Sequence record: DRR378314_814
DNA length: 64,000 nt
Strand: one strand, 5' to 3'
Numbering within the stretch: the stretch's first letter is position 1; each line of letters begins with the position of its first letter. Of this stretch, positions 1-10,542 are shown in pieces. The position numbers and the translations under genes are program-made. The notes under the pieces are model-generated. The model saw only the letters and a program-made list of their open reading frames with translations, did not search any database and was not told the origin of the DNA.

Positions 1-53
1 CTAAGAAGCGGTTCATGTTTACCCCAGTCTATTTCTTGTTTTTTTGAAGTCTG

Positions 54-695
54 CTAGTCGAACTGTCGATCCAGATACTGACCCAGCTCTGTCAGCGTCT
101 GGTCTTCGCCCACAACCTTAATGGTTTTCATTCCAAGGCGTGCGGCCGGTTTCAAATTGATGCCCAGATCATCCAGATACACAATTTCAGAAGGCTCAAC
201 ACCCATTTTTTCACAGGTGTAAGCGTAAATCTCCGGATCTGGTTTGCGCATTCCGATTTTGCTGGACTCAATCACCAGATCAAAGAGTTGCATGACGTCC
301 ATAACCGCTTTTTGGACCTCTTCAGACCGGCTCATCCCCGGCCCTTTACCCGCAGAAACGTTATTAGTCAGGCAGACGCAACGATAGTCTTTGCCAATTT
401 CCTTCAGGGCCGCAACCATACGCGGGCGTAGTGCGCCAGATAACAACTTGATCACTTCGCTTCCGGGTACGGGATGGCCAAGCGCTGTACTTTCCTCCAG
501 GAAAAGCGTGTCAAACTCTTCTGCGGTGACTTTACTCCGCTCAAACTTGGCCCAGGCGTTCGTATCCGGGTTGGTCGAATTAACCTTGCGAAGGAAATTC
601 TCAGGTAATTCATTTTGCGCTTCAAACCGTTTGAATTGCTCAAATGGGCTCGTCGTGAGAACGCCCCCGAAATCCCAGAGGACTGCCTTGATCAT
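54..695 (-). CDS. HAD-IA family hydrolase/phosphatase
   Basis: Motif I-like LWDFGGVL, KPDPEIY and YLDDLGINL motifs. Confidence 0.85.
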   Translation of the reverse strand: MIKAVLWDFGGVLTTSPFEQFKRFEAQNELPENFLRKVNSTNPDTNAWAKFERSKVTAEEFDTLFLEESTALGHPVPGSEVIKLLSGALRPRMVAALKEIGKDYRCVCLTNNVSAGKGPGMSRSEEVQKAVMDVMQLFDLVIESSKIGMRKPDPEIYAYTCEKMGVEPSEIVYLDDLGINLKPAARLGMKTIKVVGEDQTLTELGQYLDRQFD

Positions 696-868
696 TTGGT
701 TTCCTTTATTGAATGTTCAGCACAGGTGAGATCAAAAATCTTTGATTATTTCTGAATTGACGTGGATAGTGGCAGTATGAAATTTGCTTGTCAAATCTGG
801 ACATGTTCAGATGCAGTGCTTATCTATTAGAAAATTAGCAGCATAATAATCGGGATGGATCAGTGATA

Positions 869-1675
869 ATGAAAAAGAAAATCGTTTACACAGTCTTATT
901 CGGAGCTTTGCTGACGGGTCCGGTCTTGGCTGCAGAAAATACCGATCTTGAGAGATTCAAAACCACAAACATGTGTGAAAATTGTGATCTGCGCAATGTG
1001 ATGTTGCAAGGCGTTGTGATGAAAGACGCCAAACTTAAAAAAGTCAATTTACGCGATAGTCTCCTCAAAAATACAACATTTGATGGCGCGAACCTTTCCG
1101 GCTCTGACCTTCGCAGGGCGGATCTGGAGAAAGCTTCCCTGCAGAATGCGGACATCTCGCGCGCGATTTTACGGGATACGGATTTGGAGAAATCCCTGTT
1201 GAATGGCTCAAATCTAAAAGGGTCAGATCTTCAGGATGCGGATTTGGAAAATGCTGTCGCGGAAAATGCAGATTTCAGCAATTGCGATCTTCGGAAAACA
1301 AATATGAAGCGTGGCGTCTTTTCCAACAGTTCTTTTCAAAACTCCCAACTGTCCGAGGCGAACCTGAAACGATCGGTTGCCCGCAACACCAATTTCAAAA
1401 ACGCTAAACTGAAAAATACACGACTAACCCGCGCGGATCTGTCAGGTTCGCGGTTTGATGATGCGGATCTTTCTCAAGCCAATTTTTATCGGGCGACCTT
1501 GACCGGAACGAGTTTTAAAAACGCGGATCTGGAAGACGCTGTATTTTGGAAAGCCGATCTTTCCGGCGCCGATTTTTCCGAAGCTGATGATCTGGAACAG
1601 GATCAGCTAACGGGTGCGTGCGGCAATTCTGAAACACGCCTTCCAGGCTATCTAAACGTTCCTAACTGCGAATAA
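869..1675 (+). CDS. Secreted pentapeptide-repeat protein
   Basis: Signal peptide (MKKKIV...VLAAE) followed by many A(D/N)LXX repeats; ATG at 869 (GTG alternative at 863). Confidence 0.9.
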   Translation: MKKKIVYTVLFGALLTGPVLAAENTDLERFKTTNMCENCDLRNVMLQGVVMKDAKLKKVNLRDSLLKNTTFDGANLSGSDLRRADLEKASLQNADISRAILRDTDLEKSLLNGSNLKGSDLQDADLENAVAENADFSNCDLRKTNMKRGVFSNSSFQNSQLSEANLKRSVARNTNFKNAKLKNTRLTRADLSGSRFDDADLSQANFYRATLTGTSFKNADLEDAVFWKADLSGADFSEADDLEQDQLTGACGNSETRLPGYLNVPNCE

Positions 1676-1693
1676 AAGGCCAACCCCGGGGCT

Positions 1694-3076
1694 TTAAAGA
1701 ATTTTCCCCGGGTTCATGATATTGTCCGGATCCAGTGCTGTTTTTAAGGTGGCCATTACATCAAGCGCCCCCTCTCCCAGTTCGGCTTTCAAATACTTCT
1801 TTTTACCGAGCCCGACGCCATGCTCACCCGTGCAGGTTCCCTCCATAGATTGCGCCCTGGCGATCAGTCGGGCGTTCAGTTCTTCCGCTTCTGCAATCTC
1901 ATCCGGATTATCCATATCCAGAACGAAGGCGAGATGAAAATTACCATCCCCGACATGCCCGACAATTGGCGCGATGAGGGAGGATTTCTCAAGATCTGCT
2001 TTTGTCTCTAGAATACAATCCGCCAGGCGGGAGATGGGAACACATACATCTGTCGCCCACATGGCCGCTCCGGTTCGAAGTGCCCGCGCCGCGTAAGCTG
2101 CATTATGCCGCGCCTCCCATAACTTGCTGCGATCTTCGGGCTTTGTAGTCCACTGAAAATTCTCCGCGCCGAAATCCTTACAGATCTCACCCACCATTTC
2201 TGCCTGCTCTTTCACCCCTTGATCACTTCCATGGAATTCCAAAAACAGGGAGACCTGAACCGGTAAATCCAACCCGGAATACTTGTTGATCGCATCAATC
2301 TGGACCTCGTCCAAAAATTCGATTCGGGCAATGGGAATGCCACTTTGAATAGTCAGAATAACCGACTGGACGGCACTCTCCACATCTGGAAAAGAAACTG
2401 TGGCGGCTGAGATGGCTTCTGGAATACCGTAAAGCTTAAGCGTTATTTCCGTAATAACCCCAAGTGTACCCTCGGCGCCAATGTAAAGCCGGGTTAAATC
2501 ATATCCGGCAGAACTTTTCTTGGCCCGGCCACCCGTTTTGATAATTCGGCCATCCGGTAGAACAACAGTCAGATTGAGGATATTGTCCTTCATGGTACCG
2601 TAGCGAACCGCATTCGTGCCTGAAGCCCGGGTTGACGCCATACCGCCAATGGTCGCATCCGCCCCCGGATCAATGGGGAAGAAAAGTCCGGTATCGCGTA
2701 GATGTTCGTTCAACTGCTTTCGGCGAACACCTGGCTGCACAACGCAGTCCAAATCCTCCTCATGCACAGTCAGGATCTGATCCATCTGATTGAGATCCAG
2801 AGAAACGCCGCCTTCAACGGCGTTAATATGCCCCTCCAACGAAGTGCCTGCCCCAAAGGGGACAACGGGCACTTTATACTTGGCGCAGATTTTAACCACC
2901 TCAGAGACTTCTTCGGTGTTTTTCACAAAACACACCACATCCGGCGCGCACAGCTCATGCCAGCTTTCATCTTTTCCATGCTGATCGCGCACCGCCTGCG
3001 AGGTCGAGCATCGTTCCGCCAACAAAACCGTCAGCTCTTTTTTTACAACTTCAAGTTTTTCGGCTGAAATGGACAT
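1694..3076 (-). CDS. FAD-linked oxidase / D-lactate dehydrogenase (GlcD-like family)
   Basis: PFGAGTSLEG, DPGADATIGGM, GHVGDGNFH, TGEHGVG and C-terminal MNPGK motifs. Confidence 0.9.
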   Translation of the reverse strand: MSISAEKLEVVKKELTVLLAERCSTSQAVRDQHGKDESWHELCAPDVVCFVKNTEEVSEVVKICAKYKVPVVPFGAGTSLEGHINAVEGGVSLDLNQMDQILTVHEEDLDCVVQPGVRRKQLNEHLRDTGLFFPIDPGADATIGGMASTRASGTNAVRYGTMKDNILNLTVVLPDGRIIKTGGRAKKSSAGYDLTRLYIGAEGTLGVITEITLKLYGIPEAISAATVSFPDVESAVQSVILTIQSGIPIARIEFLDEVQIDAINKYSGLDLPVQVSLFLEFHGSDQGVKEQAEMVGEICKDFGAENFQWTTKPEDRSKLWEARHNAAYAARALRTGAAMWATDVCVPISRLADCILETKADLEKSSLIAPIVGHVGDGNFHLAFVLDMDNPDEIAEAEELNARLIARAQSMEGTCTGEHGVGLGKKKYLKAELGEGALDVMATLKTALDPDNIMNPGKIL

Positions 3077-3194
3077 GTCTTCCTCACTAACGACTGGGAT
3101 GGATGGGGCGCAGAAACAGTTTCATTTGATATCATTGTGCTCAAATAAGATCAAAAGCTTTTCCTTCCCGATGTTTTTGATTAATCTCAACATC

Positions 3195-3683
3195 ATGACT
3201 GAAAATAATAAAAAAATACTTCGAAAACTGACTGTCCTGCCGGAATGGATTGATCATAACCAGCATATGAATGTGGCCTATTATGTCCTCATTTTTGATC
3301 AATCGCTGGACGTTCTTCTGGATAACATTGAACTGAGCCGCGATTATCGTGCCGATTCCGGAAACACGGTTTATGTGCTGGAAACCCACGTTTGCTACCT
3401 TCAGGAAGTGAAGGAAGGTGACCCTCTGGATATCACTTGCCGGGTTATCGACTGTGATGAAAAGCGCATCCATCTCTATCTGGAAATGTATCATGGCAAG
3501 GAAGGGTATCTGGCAGCCACGTCAGAGCAGATGATCCTGCACCTTGATGCATCCGGTCCAAAAGCTACAGCCATGCCGGACTTCATCCAAGCCAACCTGG
3601 AACAGTTGAAAAGCGAACAGGCCCATTTGCCAATACCGGAAAAGCTTGGCGCCAAAATCGGCATCCGGCGCAAAGCGGGATAA
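3195..3683 (+). CDS. Hotdog-fold acyl-CoA thioesterase
   Basis: EWIDHNQHMNVAYY motif; ATG at 3195 preferred because the longer ORF overlaps the divergent gene. Confidence 0.8.
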   Translation: MTENNKKILRKLTVLPEWIDHNQHMNVAYYVLIFDQSLDVLLDNIELSRDYRADSGNTVYVLETHVCYLQEVKEGDPLDITCRVIDCDEKRIHLYLEMYHGKEGYLAATSEQMILHLDASGPKATAMPDFIQANLEQLKSEQAHLPIPEKLGAKIGIRRKAG

Positions 3684-3686
3684 TCG

Positions 3687-4361
3687 ATGATGCCGTCGCT
3701 TTCCCGACATCAGGTCAATCTCTTGCTGCTCGCCATAGGTTTGGCGCTCAGTTTTCTGCTAATCCCTTTTCCAGAGGGAAGCGTTGGGAACATCATTCAA
3801 AAGTCCAGTGCCTGCCTGGTTTTGGCTATCGTTGGGTTTAGAGCGACAAAAGAGAGAAAAATTGCCAAATTTCTGTGCCTCGCACTTTTATGCTCGGCTG
3901 CAGGAGATGCCTTTCTGGCGATCCGCACGGCAGATTATTTCACACAAGGTTTAGGCGCATTTCTCATCGCCCACCTTCTTTATATTTCGATTTTTGCCCG
4001 CTACCAGAACTGGCGCGAGACAGCCCAATGGCAAAAAGGTGCTGCCGCCCTCGTCATTCTGTTTGCGGCAGGCATGCTCAGCCTTCTCTGGCCGGAGCTT
4101 GGCGCCTTGAAAGCCCCTGTCTTTATTTATATTGCTGTTATCGCGACAATGGCACTTTTGGCATTGGGCTCCCGCCTGGATCCCCGGCTTGCGATCCTTG
4201 GGGCGATCAGTTTTCTGATTTCAGATGCGACGATAGCCATTAACAAATTTCTGTATCCTTTTGAGCTTTCAGGACCGTTGATTTGGGTGACTTACATTCT
4301 GGCTCAGCTTCTCTTGACCTTGAGCATTATCAAAGGCCCACAAAAAATGCCGACTTCCTGA
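3687..4361 (+). CDS. Lysoplasmalogenase (YhhN family) membrane protein
   Basis: Hydrophobic; SAAGDAFL, GLGAFLIAHLLY and FLISD motifs. Confidence 0.85.
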   Translation: MMPSLSRHQVNLLLLAIGLALSFLLIPFPEGSVGNIIQKSSACLVLAIVGFRATKERKIAKFLCLALLCSAAGDAFLAIRTADYFTQGLGAFLIAHLLYISIFARYQNWRETAQWQKGAAALVILFAAGMLSLLWPELGALKAPVFIYIAVIATMALLALGSRLDPRLAILGAISFLISDATIAINKFLYPFELSGPLIWVTYILAQLLLTLSIIKGPQKMPTS

Positions 4362-4392
4362 GCCAGCATTTTCATCCTGAATAAGATAGGTC

Positions 4393-5520
4393 TCAGGCCG
4401 CGGCTGTTTCGGTATCGCTGCTGCTGATTTTTGAGATCAGGTAATCGACATTTTCTGCATCAAACCGGTCTTCGAAATGGGTCAAAACACGCTGGATGAG
4501 GGCATCACGGAATCGTTGCCTATCGCCTGATCCGCCGTCATATTCCAGCTCATTCACCAAATCGACAGCAACCCGCATCATTTCAGCAAGGCCATTGGGA
4601 ATATCCAGTTTTTTACACAACTGTTTCAAACCATTGCCCCCAACATCATTGACCAGCATATGGACGTTTGAAACTGAAATATCCGCGCCTTTGGCAAGCG
4701 CTGTTTCAAAGAAATCAATATCGCCAACACACAGGGCGCGAAGAATGATGGTCGGTGTAAGGCGGCCATTATCATAAAGCTGATCAATCAAACGCTTCAG
4801 TTCACCCTGACTGGTTCCTTCTTTCAAAAGACCAATCATGGTTTTCTCTCGGCTGGCAAGGATCAGATCGGTCGCCGTTGCAGGAGAGAGTTCATGGTGA
4901 CTGACAAGATGTTCCCGCAACCGATCAGACACAAGACTAACCAGTCGTTCAGTGACCGTCAGCGGTAATTTGCTTCGGTAGGACATGGGTTTGTTGACTT
5001 TTTCACTGTCACCAAACTTATCCAGTACCTTTTCAAAAGTTTCTTCTGAAATCTGGGCGGTATCATTTTCCATCAACTTGGCAACAACGGTTTCATTCCC
5101 GGTATCCGCCAATTTTTCAGAAATTTTCTCTGATACATTATTTCTGGAAGCAATCGCTGCCTGATGCTCTTCAGATTTTGAGCTTATAATGTCTGCAAGG
5201 TCTTCATCACTCAGCGCTTCCGAAGCCGTCAACATGGGTGCCGCGACTTCCGAAATATCATTCGCCAATGAAAATGCGATATCATGAGGAAGATCAGGGA
5301 GGGTTTTCAGCGTTTCTGCAAGGGTTTGGCGAACCAGAACCTCGGCATCGGAAACCAGCAGCCGGAAAATTTGTTCAGCTTCCTGGCGTTCCTGATCACT
5401 AAACTGACGACTGCTCAGATCAGTTGCAATTTTTTCTACCGTTTGCGCCCGTGCGCTGGCAGAGCGATCAGAGAGAAGACGCTCTACATCTGCAGGGCTA
5501 AGAGAACCGTTTTCAGACAC
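4393..5520 (-). CDS. DUF2336 domain protein
   Basis: Helical-repeat protein with the DAEVLVRQTLAE...LANDISEVAAPML...LSDEDL pattern; GTG start. Confidence 0.8.
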   Translation of the reverse strand: MSENGSLSPADVERLLSDRSASARAQTVEKIATDLSSRQFSDQERQEAEQIFRLLVSDAEVLVRQTLAETLKTLPDLPHDIAFSLANDISEVAAPMLTASEALSDEDLADIISSKSEEHQAAIASRNNVSEKISEKLADTGNETVVAKLMENDTAQISEETFEKVLDKFGDSEKVNKPMSYRSKLPLTVTERLVSLVSDRLREHLVSHHELSPATATDLILASREKTMIGLLKEGTSQGELKRLIDQLYDNGRLTPTIILRALCVGDIDFFETALAKGADISVSNVHMLVNDVGGNGLKQLCKKLDIPNGLAEMMRVAVDLVNELEYDGGSGDRQRFRDALIQRVLTHFEDRFDAENVDYLISKISSSDTETAAA

Positions 5521-5570
5521 ACTGGCTCCATCAAATAGAGTTATACTGTCACCATCTAAATAGATTTATC

Positions 5571-5586
5571 TTAATATACTGTTAAC
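5571..5586. promoter_or_regulatory. CtrA-type binding box TTAA-N7-TTAAC
   Basis: ttaa-tatactg-ttaac, about 50 bp upstream of the DUF2336 start. Confidence 0.65.
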
Positions 5587-5726
5587 TGAACAGGCTTTCG
5601 GTCCAAATTCTCTCAAAAGGGCGCTAATAATTTTCGCGACATATTGACACATAATTGTCTCCGCACCTTATTTTTTAAAGATAAGCAGCCTATATTGTCT
5701 CAAAGTTCTGGAGCTAGATAAAGAGG

Positions 5727-6119
5727 ATGGTCATATCTATGAAAAAATCTCAATTGCTTACAATCGCCATGGGCGCTCTATTGAGCGTTTCTTCATCAAT
5801 GGCCCTGGCAGACGGCGATCCGGCAAAAGGCGAAAAAGTTTTCAAAAAATGTAAGGCCTGTCACACGGTGGACGCAGGCGGTAAACATAAAATCGGACCA
5901 AACCTGCATGGCATTGTGGGCAGTCCTGCTGCAGCTAAAGAAGGCTATAAATATTCGAAAGCGATGCAAGAATCGGGTTTGACATGGGATGAGGAAACTT
6001 TGGATAAATACCTGGAAAAGCCCAGGAAATTCGTCAAAAAGACTAAAATGAGCTTTGCCGGTCTGAGAAAAGACAGCCAACGCGCAGACGTCATCGCGTA
6101 TCTGAAGACCCTGAAATAG
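5727..6119 (+). CDS. cycA: Cytochrome c2 (class I cytochrome c)
   Basis: Signal peptide, CKACH heme motif, GPNLHG, TKMSFAG axial Met. Confidence 0.9.
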   Translation: MVISMKKSQLLTIAMGALLSVSSSMALADGDPAKGEKVFKKCKACHTVDAGGKHKIGPNLHGIVGSPAAAKEGYKYSKAMQESGLTWDEETLDKYLEKPRKFVKKTKMSFAGLRKDSQRADVIAYLKTLK

Positions 6120-6139
6120 AAAATTTCAAAACATAAATC

Positions 6140-6172
6140 AAAAAAAAGCGGCCTAATTCAGCCGCTTTTTTT
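6140..6172. terminator. Bidirectional intrinsic terminator
   Basis: A-run, gcggc stem, loop, gccgc, T-run, between convergent cycA and USP genes. Confidence 0.85.
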
Positions 6173-6194
6173 GTGCTTAAATTAATCTTTGCAC

Positions 6195-6623
6195 CTATTC
6201 CCGAACCACCAGCACAGAACAGTTCGCATGGCGAACAACCCGTGCAGCGTTTGGTCCCAACAGATAATCCTGCATCTTGGGCCGATGGGCCCCGATAATA
6301 ATCAGATCACATTTCAGTTTTTTCTGGATCCGTAAAATCTCCTCATACGCATTACCATGTCCCACAATATGCTGAACCTTGATATCTGACGGGATTTTGT
6401 CTTTTACAAACTGGTGTAGCTTGTCGTTCACTTCCTGGATCATTTTTTCTTCATGATCTTTGGGAAAAAAAGAACCCACAATGCTCATCCCGAAATTCGG
6501 GGCAACCGTCATTACATGCAAGGTCGCATCGGCATTCTGGGCGTAACCCACTGCCTCCGGCACCATTTTTATCCAGCTTTCCGGATGCTCCAGATCGATT
6601 GCAAGAAGGATATGCTTAAACAT
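6195..6623 (-). CDS. Universal stress protein
   Basis: MFKHILLAIDL start; DLIIIGAH...LLGPNAARVVRHANCSVLVVR end; usual position after a TRAP permease. Confidence 0.9.
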   Translation of the reverse strand: MFKHILLAIDLEHPESWIKMVPEAVGYAQNADATLHVMTVAPNFGMSIVGSFFPKDHEEKMIQEVNDKLHQFVKDKIPSDIKVQHIVGHGNAYEEILRIQKKLKCDLIIIGAHRPKMQDYLLGPNAARVVRHANCSVLVVRE

Positions 6624-6639
6624 ATGTAATTCCTTTCCT

Positions 6640-9468
6640 TCAGGAAACAGTTGCAGTTGAAGCGGAACCGGATGGGTTACGCCGCCGCTGTATGACGATG
6701 ATAAAGCCCAACAACACCAACGCCGGAATATACATCAATTCACGCATCGGCTGATCAGAGGGGATAAGGACCTGTTTTATAACCTGGTCAAAATCAAGTC
6801 CGGCTGCTTCTGACGGGCTATCAAACGCTGCATTGTCAACGATTACGTCTTCACCGTCGATCAACAGATCCAACCCTAGCGCTTGCAGCCGTTCAGAACC
6901 GGTTCCTTCCGTCTCAATGGGTAAGTTGGCGGTAATGGTGAGGGGATCACCCACATCATCCAGTCCATCCACAATCAGACGGATTTCAGTTCCGGTCTTG
7001 ACCTCTCCCAGCAGAGCTTCCAACTCCATCGGCGATTTCTGCTCATAAGGCGGAACGATCATATCCATCCAAAATCCGGGTCGAAACAGGGTAAACGCGA
7101 TCAAAATCAATACAGCAGATTCCCACATGCGAGATCTTGCCATAAAATATCCTTGCGTACCTGCGGTAAAGAGCAGCATAGCTGCCGTTGCGACAATGAA
7201 GACCAGCACCCCTTCCACCGGTGTCACATCAATCAACAACAGCTCTGTGTTGAAGATGAAGAGAAACGGCAGAATGGCCGTTCGCAGGGAATAGAAGAAG
7301 GCGACAAAGCCGGTCCGGATCGGATCCCCACCGGAAACGGCCGCTGCCGCGAACGAGGCCAGCCCCACTGGCGGGGTGACATCTGCCATAATGCCGAAAT
7401 AGAACACGAACAAATGCACGGCAATTAACGGGACGATCAGGCCATTTTGCTGACCCAGGCTGACAATCACCGGTGCCAACAAAGACGATACAACAATATA
7501 GTTGGCCGTTGTCGGCAACCCCATCCCAAGGATGAGGCTGAGAACAGCGGTGAAAATCAACATCAACAGAATTTGCCCCTGACTGAGGAACTCAACCAGT
7601 TCAGCAAGAACCAGTCCAACCCCGGTTTGGGAAACGGTTCCAACGATGATCCCAGCCGCAGCCGTGGCGATACCGATACCGATCATGTTTCGGGCTCCGG
7701 AAATCAAACCATCAATCAGCTCCATAAAACCGCGACGCGCAGATCCCGTCAGGCTTTCTTTTCGAAAGAAGGAAAAGAGTTGTCGCTGGGTCAGCAGAAT
7801 GAAAATCATCAATGCCACCGCCCAGAATGCAGACAGTTCCGGTGACAGACGCTCAATCATCAGACACCAGATCAACACGCCAACCGGCAACAGAAAATGA
7901 AGACCTGCCAGAATTGTTGGACGGGGTTCAGGAAGAGACGTCACCGGTGCATTGGGATCATCCATCACCAGATCCGGAACCTTGGCACAAACAGCCACTA
8001 GCGCCACATAGGCGACAAGAATGAGCGCCCCGATAATCCAGGGCGCCAATTGCGATCCTGCTATTTCAACAATAAACCCGACAAGAAAGAACACCCCGAA
8101 CGCGCCTATCACCACATTACAAAGGACAATTCCCCCTGTTGAAAAAATGCTCAGGAGTTTTTGCTCATCCGAAATTTGTTTCTTCACGCCGTAAACCAGG
8201 ATGGCCTGCAACGCGAACACCAGCAATACTGCAATCAGCTGGTTGAGATTTGTATCCAGCGCCTGGAAAATCTTAAACAGGTAATAAGTCGCGCCGCCAA
8301 GGATCAGAATAGAGCTGATGGTGATGCCCATCGCGAGTAATGCTTGCTTGGCTGGTTTTGGCTCCACTGCCCGTGACAAGCCCTGCATATTGCTCTTTAG
8401 CGCTTCCAGATGAACGATATAGACCAACGCAATATAAGAAATGATGGCAGGAACAAAGGCATGTTTCACCACTTCGAAATAGCTGATATCTACATATTCA
8501 ACCATCAGAAAGGCCGCAGCCCCCATGACGGGAGGCATTATCTGTCCGTTCACAGAAGATGCCACTTCAACAGCGCCACTTTTTTCGGAGGAAAATCCAA
8601 CCCGCTTCATCATCGGAATTGTAAAGGTTCCGGTGGTCACCACATTGGCAATGGAGGAACCTGAAATCAATCCCGTCATGCCGGAGGCGACAACAGCCGC
8701 TTTCGCTGGACCGCCCCGCATATGCCCCATCAAGGAGAAGGCGACTTTAATGAAATAGTTGCCTGCCCCCGCTTTGTCGAGCAGCGCTCCAAACAAAACA
8801 AACAGGAAAACAAGACTTGTAGAAACACCAAGGGCGATGCCGAACACACCTTCGGAAGAGAGCCACTGATGATCGGCAACGGCCCCGAAACTTGCCCCTT
8901 TCCAGGCTAGGAAACCCGGTGCATATGGGCCTAAGAATGTATATCCCAGAAACACAATTGCCACCACCATCAAGGGGGGGCCAAGCGCCCGACGTGTCGC
9001 TTCCAACAACATAATAATACCGACAGACGCGACGACGATATCAATACTATTGGGGTTACCCGGGCGATCACTAAGCCGTGTGCCAAAGATGCTATTAATC
9101 AGTGAACTGTCAGCAATAAAGATATAAAGGGCGCAAAGGCAGCCAACGACAGCGAAAATCCAATCCGTAAACGGTATGCGATGGCGCGGGGATGAATTTA
9201 AGGCTGGATAGGCCAGAAAAGCCAAAAAGATGGCAAATCCCAAATGAATTGGCCGCGCCTCACGGCCAGAGAAAACACCCGTACCGATCAAATAGGGTAA
9301 GGGCGATGCAATCCAGATCTGCCAAACTGACCAGATCAAGGCAACAGCCGCCATAAAAATAGTGATCGATTTATTATCAGGGGTTCGTCCCCCGGTATCA
9401 GTCGAGGCTACCAGATCCTCAAGCTCAGTGGCGCTCAAAGCGCCTTGGTTTGATGAAGTATCTGTCAT
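6640..9468 (-). CDS. TRAP transporter fused 4TM/12TM permease (TAXI-associated)
   Basis: GGPAKAAV, SGSSIANVVTTG, GQIMPPVMGAAAF, GMGLPTTANY and DVTPPV motifs. Confidence 0.93.
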   Translation of the reverse strand: MTDTSSNQGALSATELEDLVASTDTGGRTPDNKSITIFMAAVALIWSVWQIWIASPLPYLIGTGVFSGREARPIHLGFAIFLAFLAYPALNSSPRHRIPFTDWIFAVVGCLCALYIFIADSSLINSIFGTRLSDRPGNPNSIDIVVASVGIIMLLEATRRALGPPLMVVAIVFLGYTFLGPYAPGFLAWKGASFGAVADHQWLSSEGVFGIALGVSTSLVFLFVLFGALLDKAGAGNYFIKVAFSLMGHMRGGPAKAAVVASGMTGLISGSSIANVVTTGTFTIPMMKRVGFSSEKSGAVEVASSVNGQIMPPVMGAAAFLMVEYVDISYFEVVKHAFVPAIISYIALVYIVHLEALKSNMQGLSRAVEPKPAKQALLAMGITISSILILGGATYYLFKIFQALDTNLNQLIAVLLVFALQAILVYGVKKQISDEQKLLSIFSTGGIVLCNVVIGAFGVFFLVGFIVEIAGSQLAPWIIGALILVAYVALVAVCAKVPDLVMDDPNAPVTSLPEPRPTILAGLHFLLPVGVLIWCLMIERLSPELSAFWAVALMIFILLTQRQLFSFFRKESLTGSARRGFMELIDGLISGARNMIGIGIATAAAGIIVGTVSQTGVGLVLAELVEFLSQGQILLMLIFTAVLSLILGMGLPTTANYIVVSSLLAPVIVSLGQQNGLIVPLIAVHLFVFYFGIMADVTPPVGLASFAAAAVSGGDPIRTGFVAFFYSLRTAILPFLFIFNTELLLIDVTPVEGVLVFIVATAAMLLFTAGTQGYFMARSRMWESAVLILIAFTLFRPGFWMDMIVPPYEQKSPMELEALLGEVKTGTEIRLIVDGLDDVGDPLTITANLPIETEGTGSERLQALGLDLLIDGEDVIVDNAAFDSPSEAAGLDFDQVIKQVLIPSDQPMRELMYIPALVLLGFIIVIQRRRNPSGSASTATVS

Positions 9469-9526
9469 ACTTCCCCCCTACACCAAAATCCCTGCAAACT
9501 CTCCATCAGACCCCCAACGGGACCTG

Positions 9527-9560
9527 AAAAAAATGCGGGGTGGAAAGCCTCCACCCCGCA
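9527..9560 (-). terminator. Hairpin with U-tract between TAXI SBP and permease
   Basis: Perfect 11-bp stem tgcggggtgga/tccaccccgca followed by T7 on the minus strand. Confidence 0.75.
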
Positions 9561-9567
9561 ATACCGA

Positions 9568-10542
9568 TTACATCATACCGGCTTCTTTATAGTATTTGAT
9601 CGCGCCTGGATGCAAAGGAGCAGACAGGTTGTTTTTGATCATTTCATCTTTTTTCAGGTTCGCAAATGCAGGGTGCATTCTTTTGAACCGATCGAAATTT
9701 TCAAAAACCGCTTTGACGATCTGATAAACAGTATCTTCATCTGTGTTGGACGAGGATACAAAAGTCGCGCCCACACCAAACACCGGTGTGTCACTGTCAG
9801 TACCCTTATATGTTCCGCCTTTGACGCTTGTTTTTGCGTAATAGGCATTGTCATCAACCAGCTTATCGATCGCTGCTCCCGTTACAGGGACCAGTTTCAC
9901 GTCACAAGTGGTCGCAGCTTCTTTAATGTTACCTGTTGGATGACCAACGGTGAACACAAAAGCATCGATCTTGTTATCGCAAAGAGCTGCTGAATGCTCG
10001 GAAGATTTCAACTCGGAAGCGAGCGCGAAATCATCCATGGTCCAACCCATTTTTTCCATGACAACTTCCATGGTTCCCCGCTGGCCGGAGCCTGGGTTAC
10101 CAACATTGACACGTTTGCCTTTCAGGTCTTCGAATTTTTCGATGCCAGAATCTGCACGGGCAACGACCGTGAATGGCTCTGGGTGAACTGAAAATACTGC
10201 GCGAAGCTCTTTAAAAGCACCTTCAGGGAACTGCTTGGGTGCTGTTCCGTTATAAGCATGATACTGCCAGTCAGACTGGGCAACACCCATGTCCAGATCA
10301 CCAGCCCGGATACCATTGATATTTTTCGTCGATCCGCCTGTTGTATGGGTACATTTGATGTCGTGATCTTTTGTACCCCGGTTTACCAGTTTACAAATGG
10401 CGCCACCAACCTGGTAGTAAACGCCAGTTTGGCCACCAGTACCAATAGTGATGAACTTTTCTGCTTGTGCAGAAGTCGATACGGCCATCACACTGGCATA
10501 TGCAATTGCAGCGGTTGCTGCCAAAGAAAAGAAACGTTTCAT
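9568..10542 (-). CDS. TAXI family TRAP solute-binding protein
   Basis: Signal peptide; IGTGGQTGVYY, DLKGKRVNVGNPGSG and PLHPGAIKYY motifs. Confidence 0.93.
   Translation of the reverse strand: MKRFFSLAATAAIAYASVMAVSTSAQAEKFITIGTGGQTGVYYQVGGAICKLVNRGTKDHDIKCTHTTGGSTKNINGIRAGDLDMGVAQSDWQYHAYNGTAPKQFPEGAFKELRAVFSVHPEPFTVVARADSGIEKFEDLKGKRVNVGNPGSGQRGTMEVVMEKMGWTMDDFALASELKSSEHSAALCDNKIDAFVFTVGHPTGNIKEAATTCDVKLVPVTGAAIDKLVDDNAYYAKTSVKGGTYKGTDSDTPVFGVGATFVSSSNTDEDTVYQIVKAVFENFDRFKRMHPAFANLKKDEMIKNNLSAPLHPGAIKYYKEAGMM

Noticed and set aside
1-16. Possible start of a minus-strand gene (MNRFL...) leaving the window
   Set aside because: Only five codons are visible, too little to support a call.
869-1675. 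Qnr quinolone resistance protein or a DNA repeat array
   Set aside because: It has a signal peptide, unlike cytoplasmic Qnr, and the repeats are protein-level pentapeptides.
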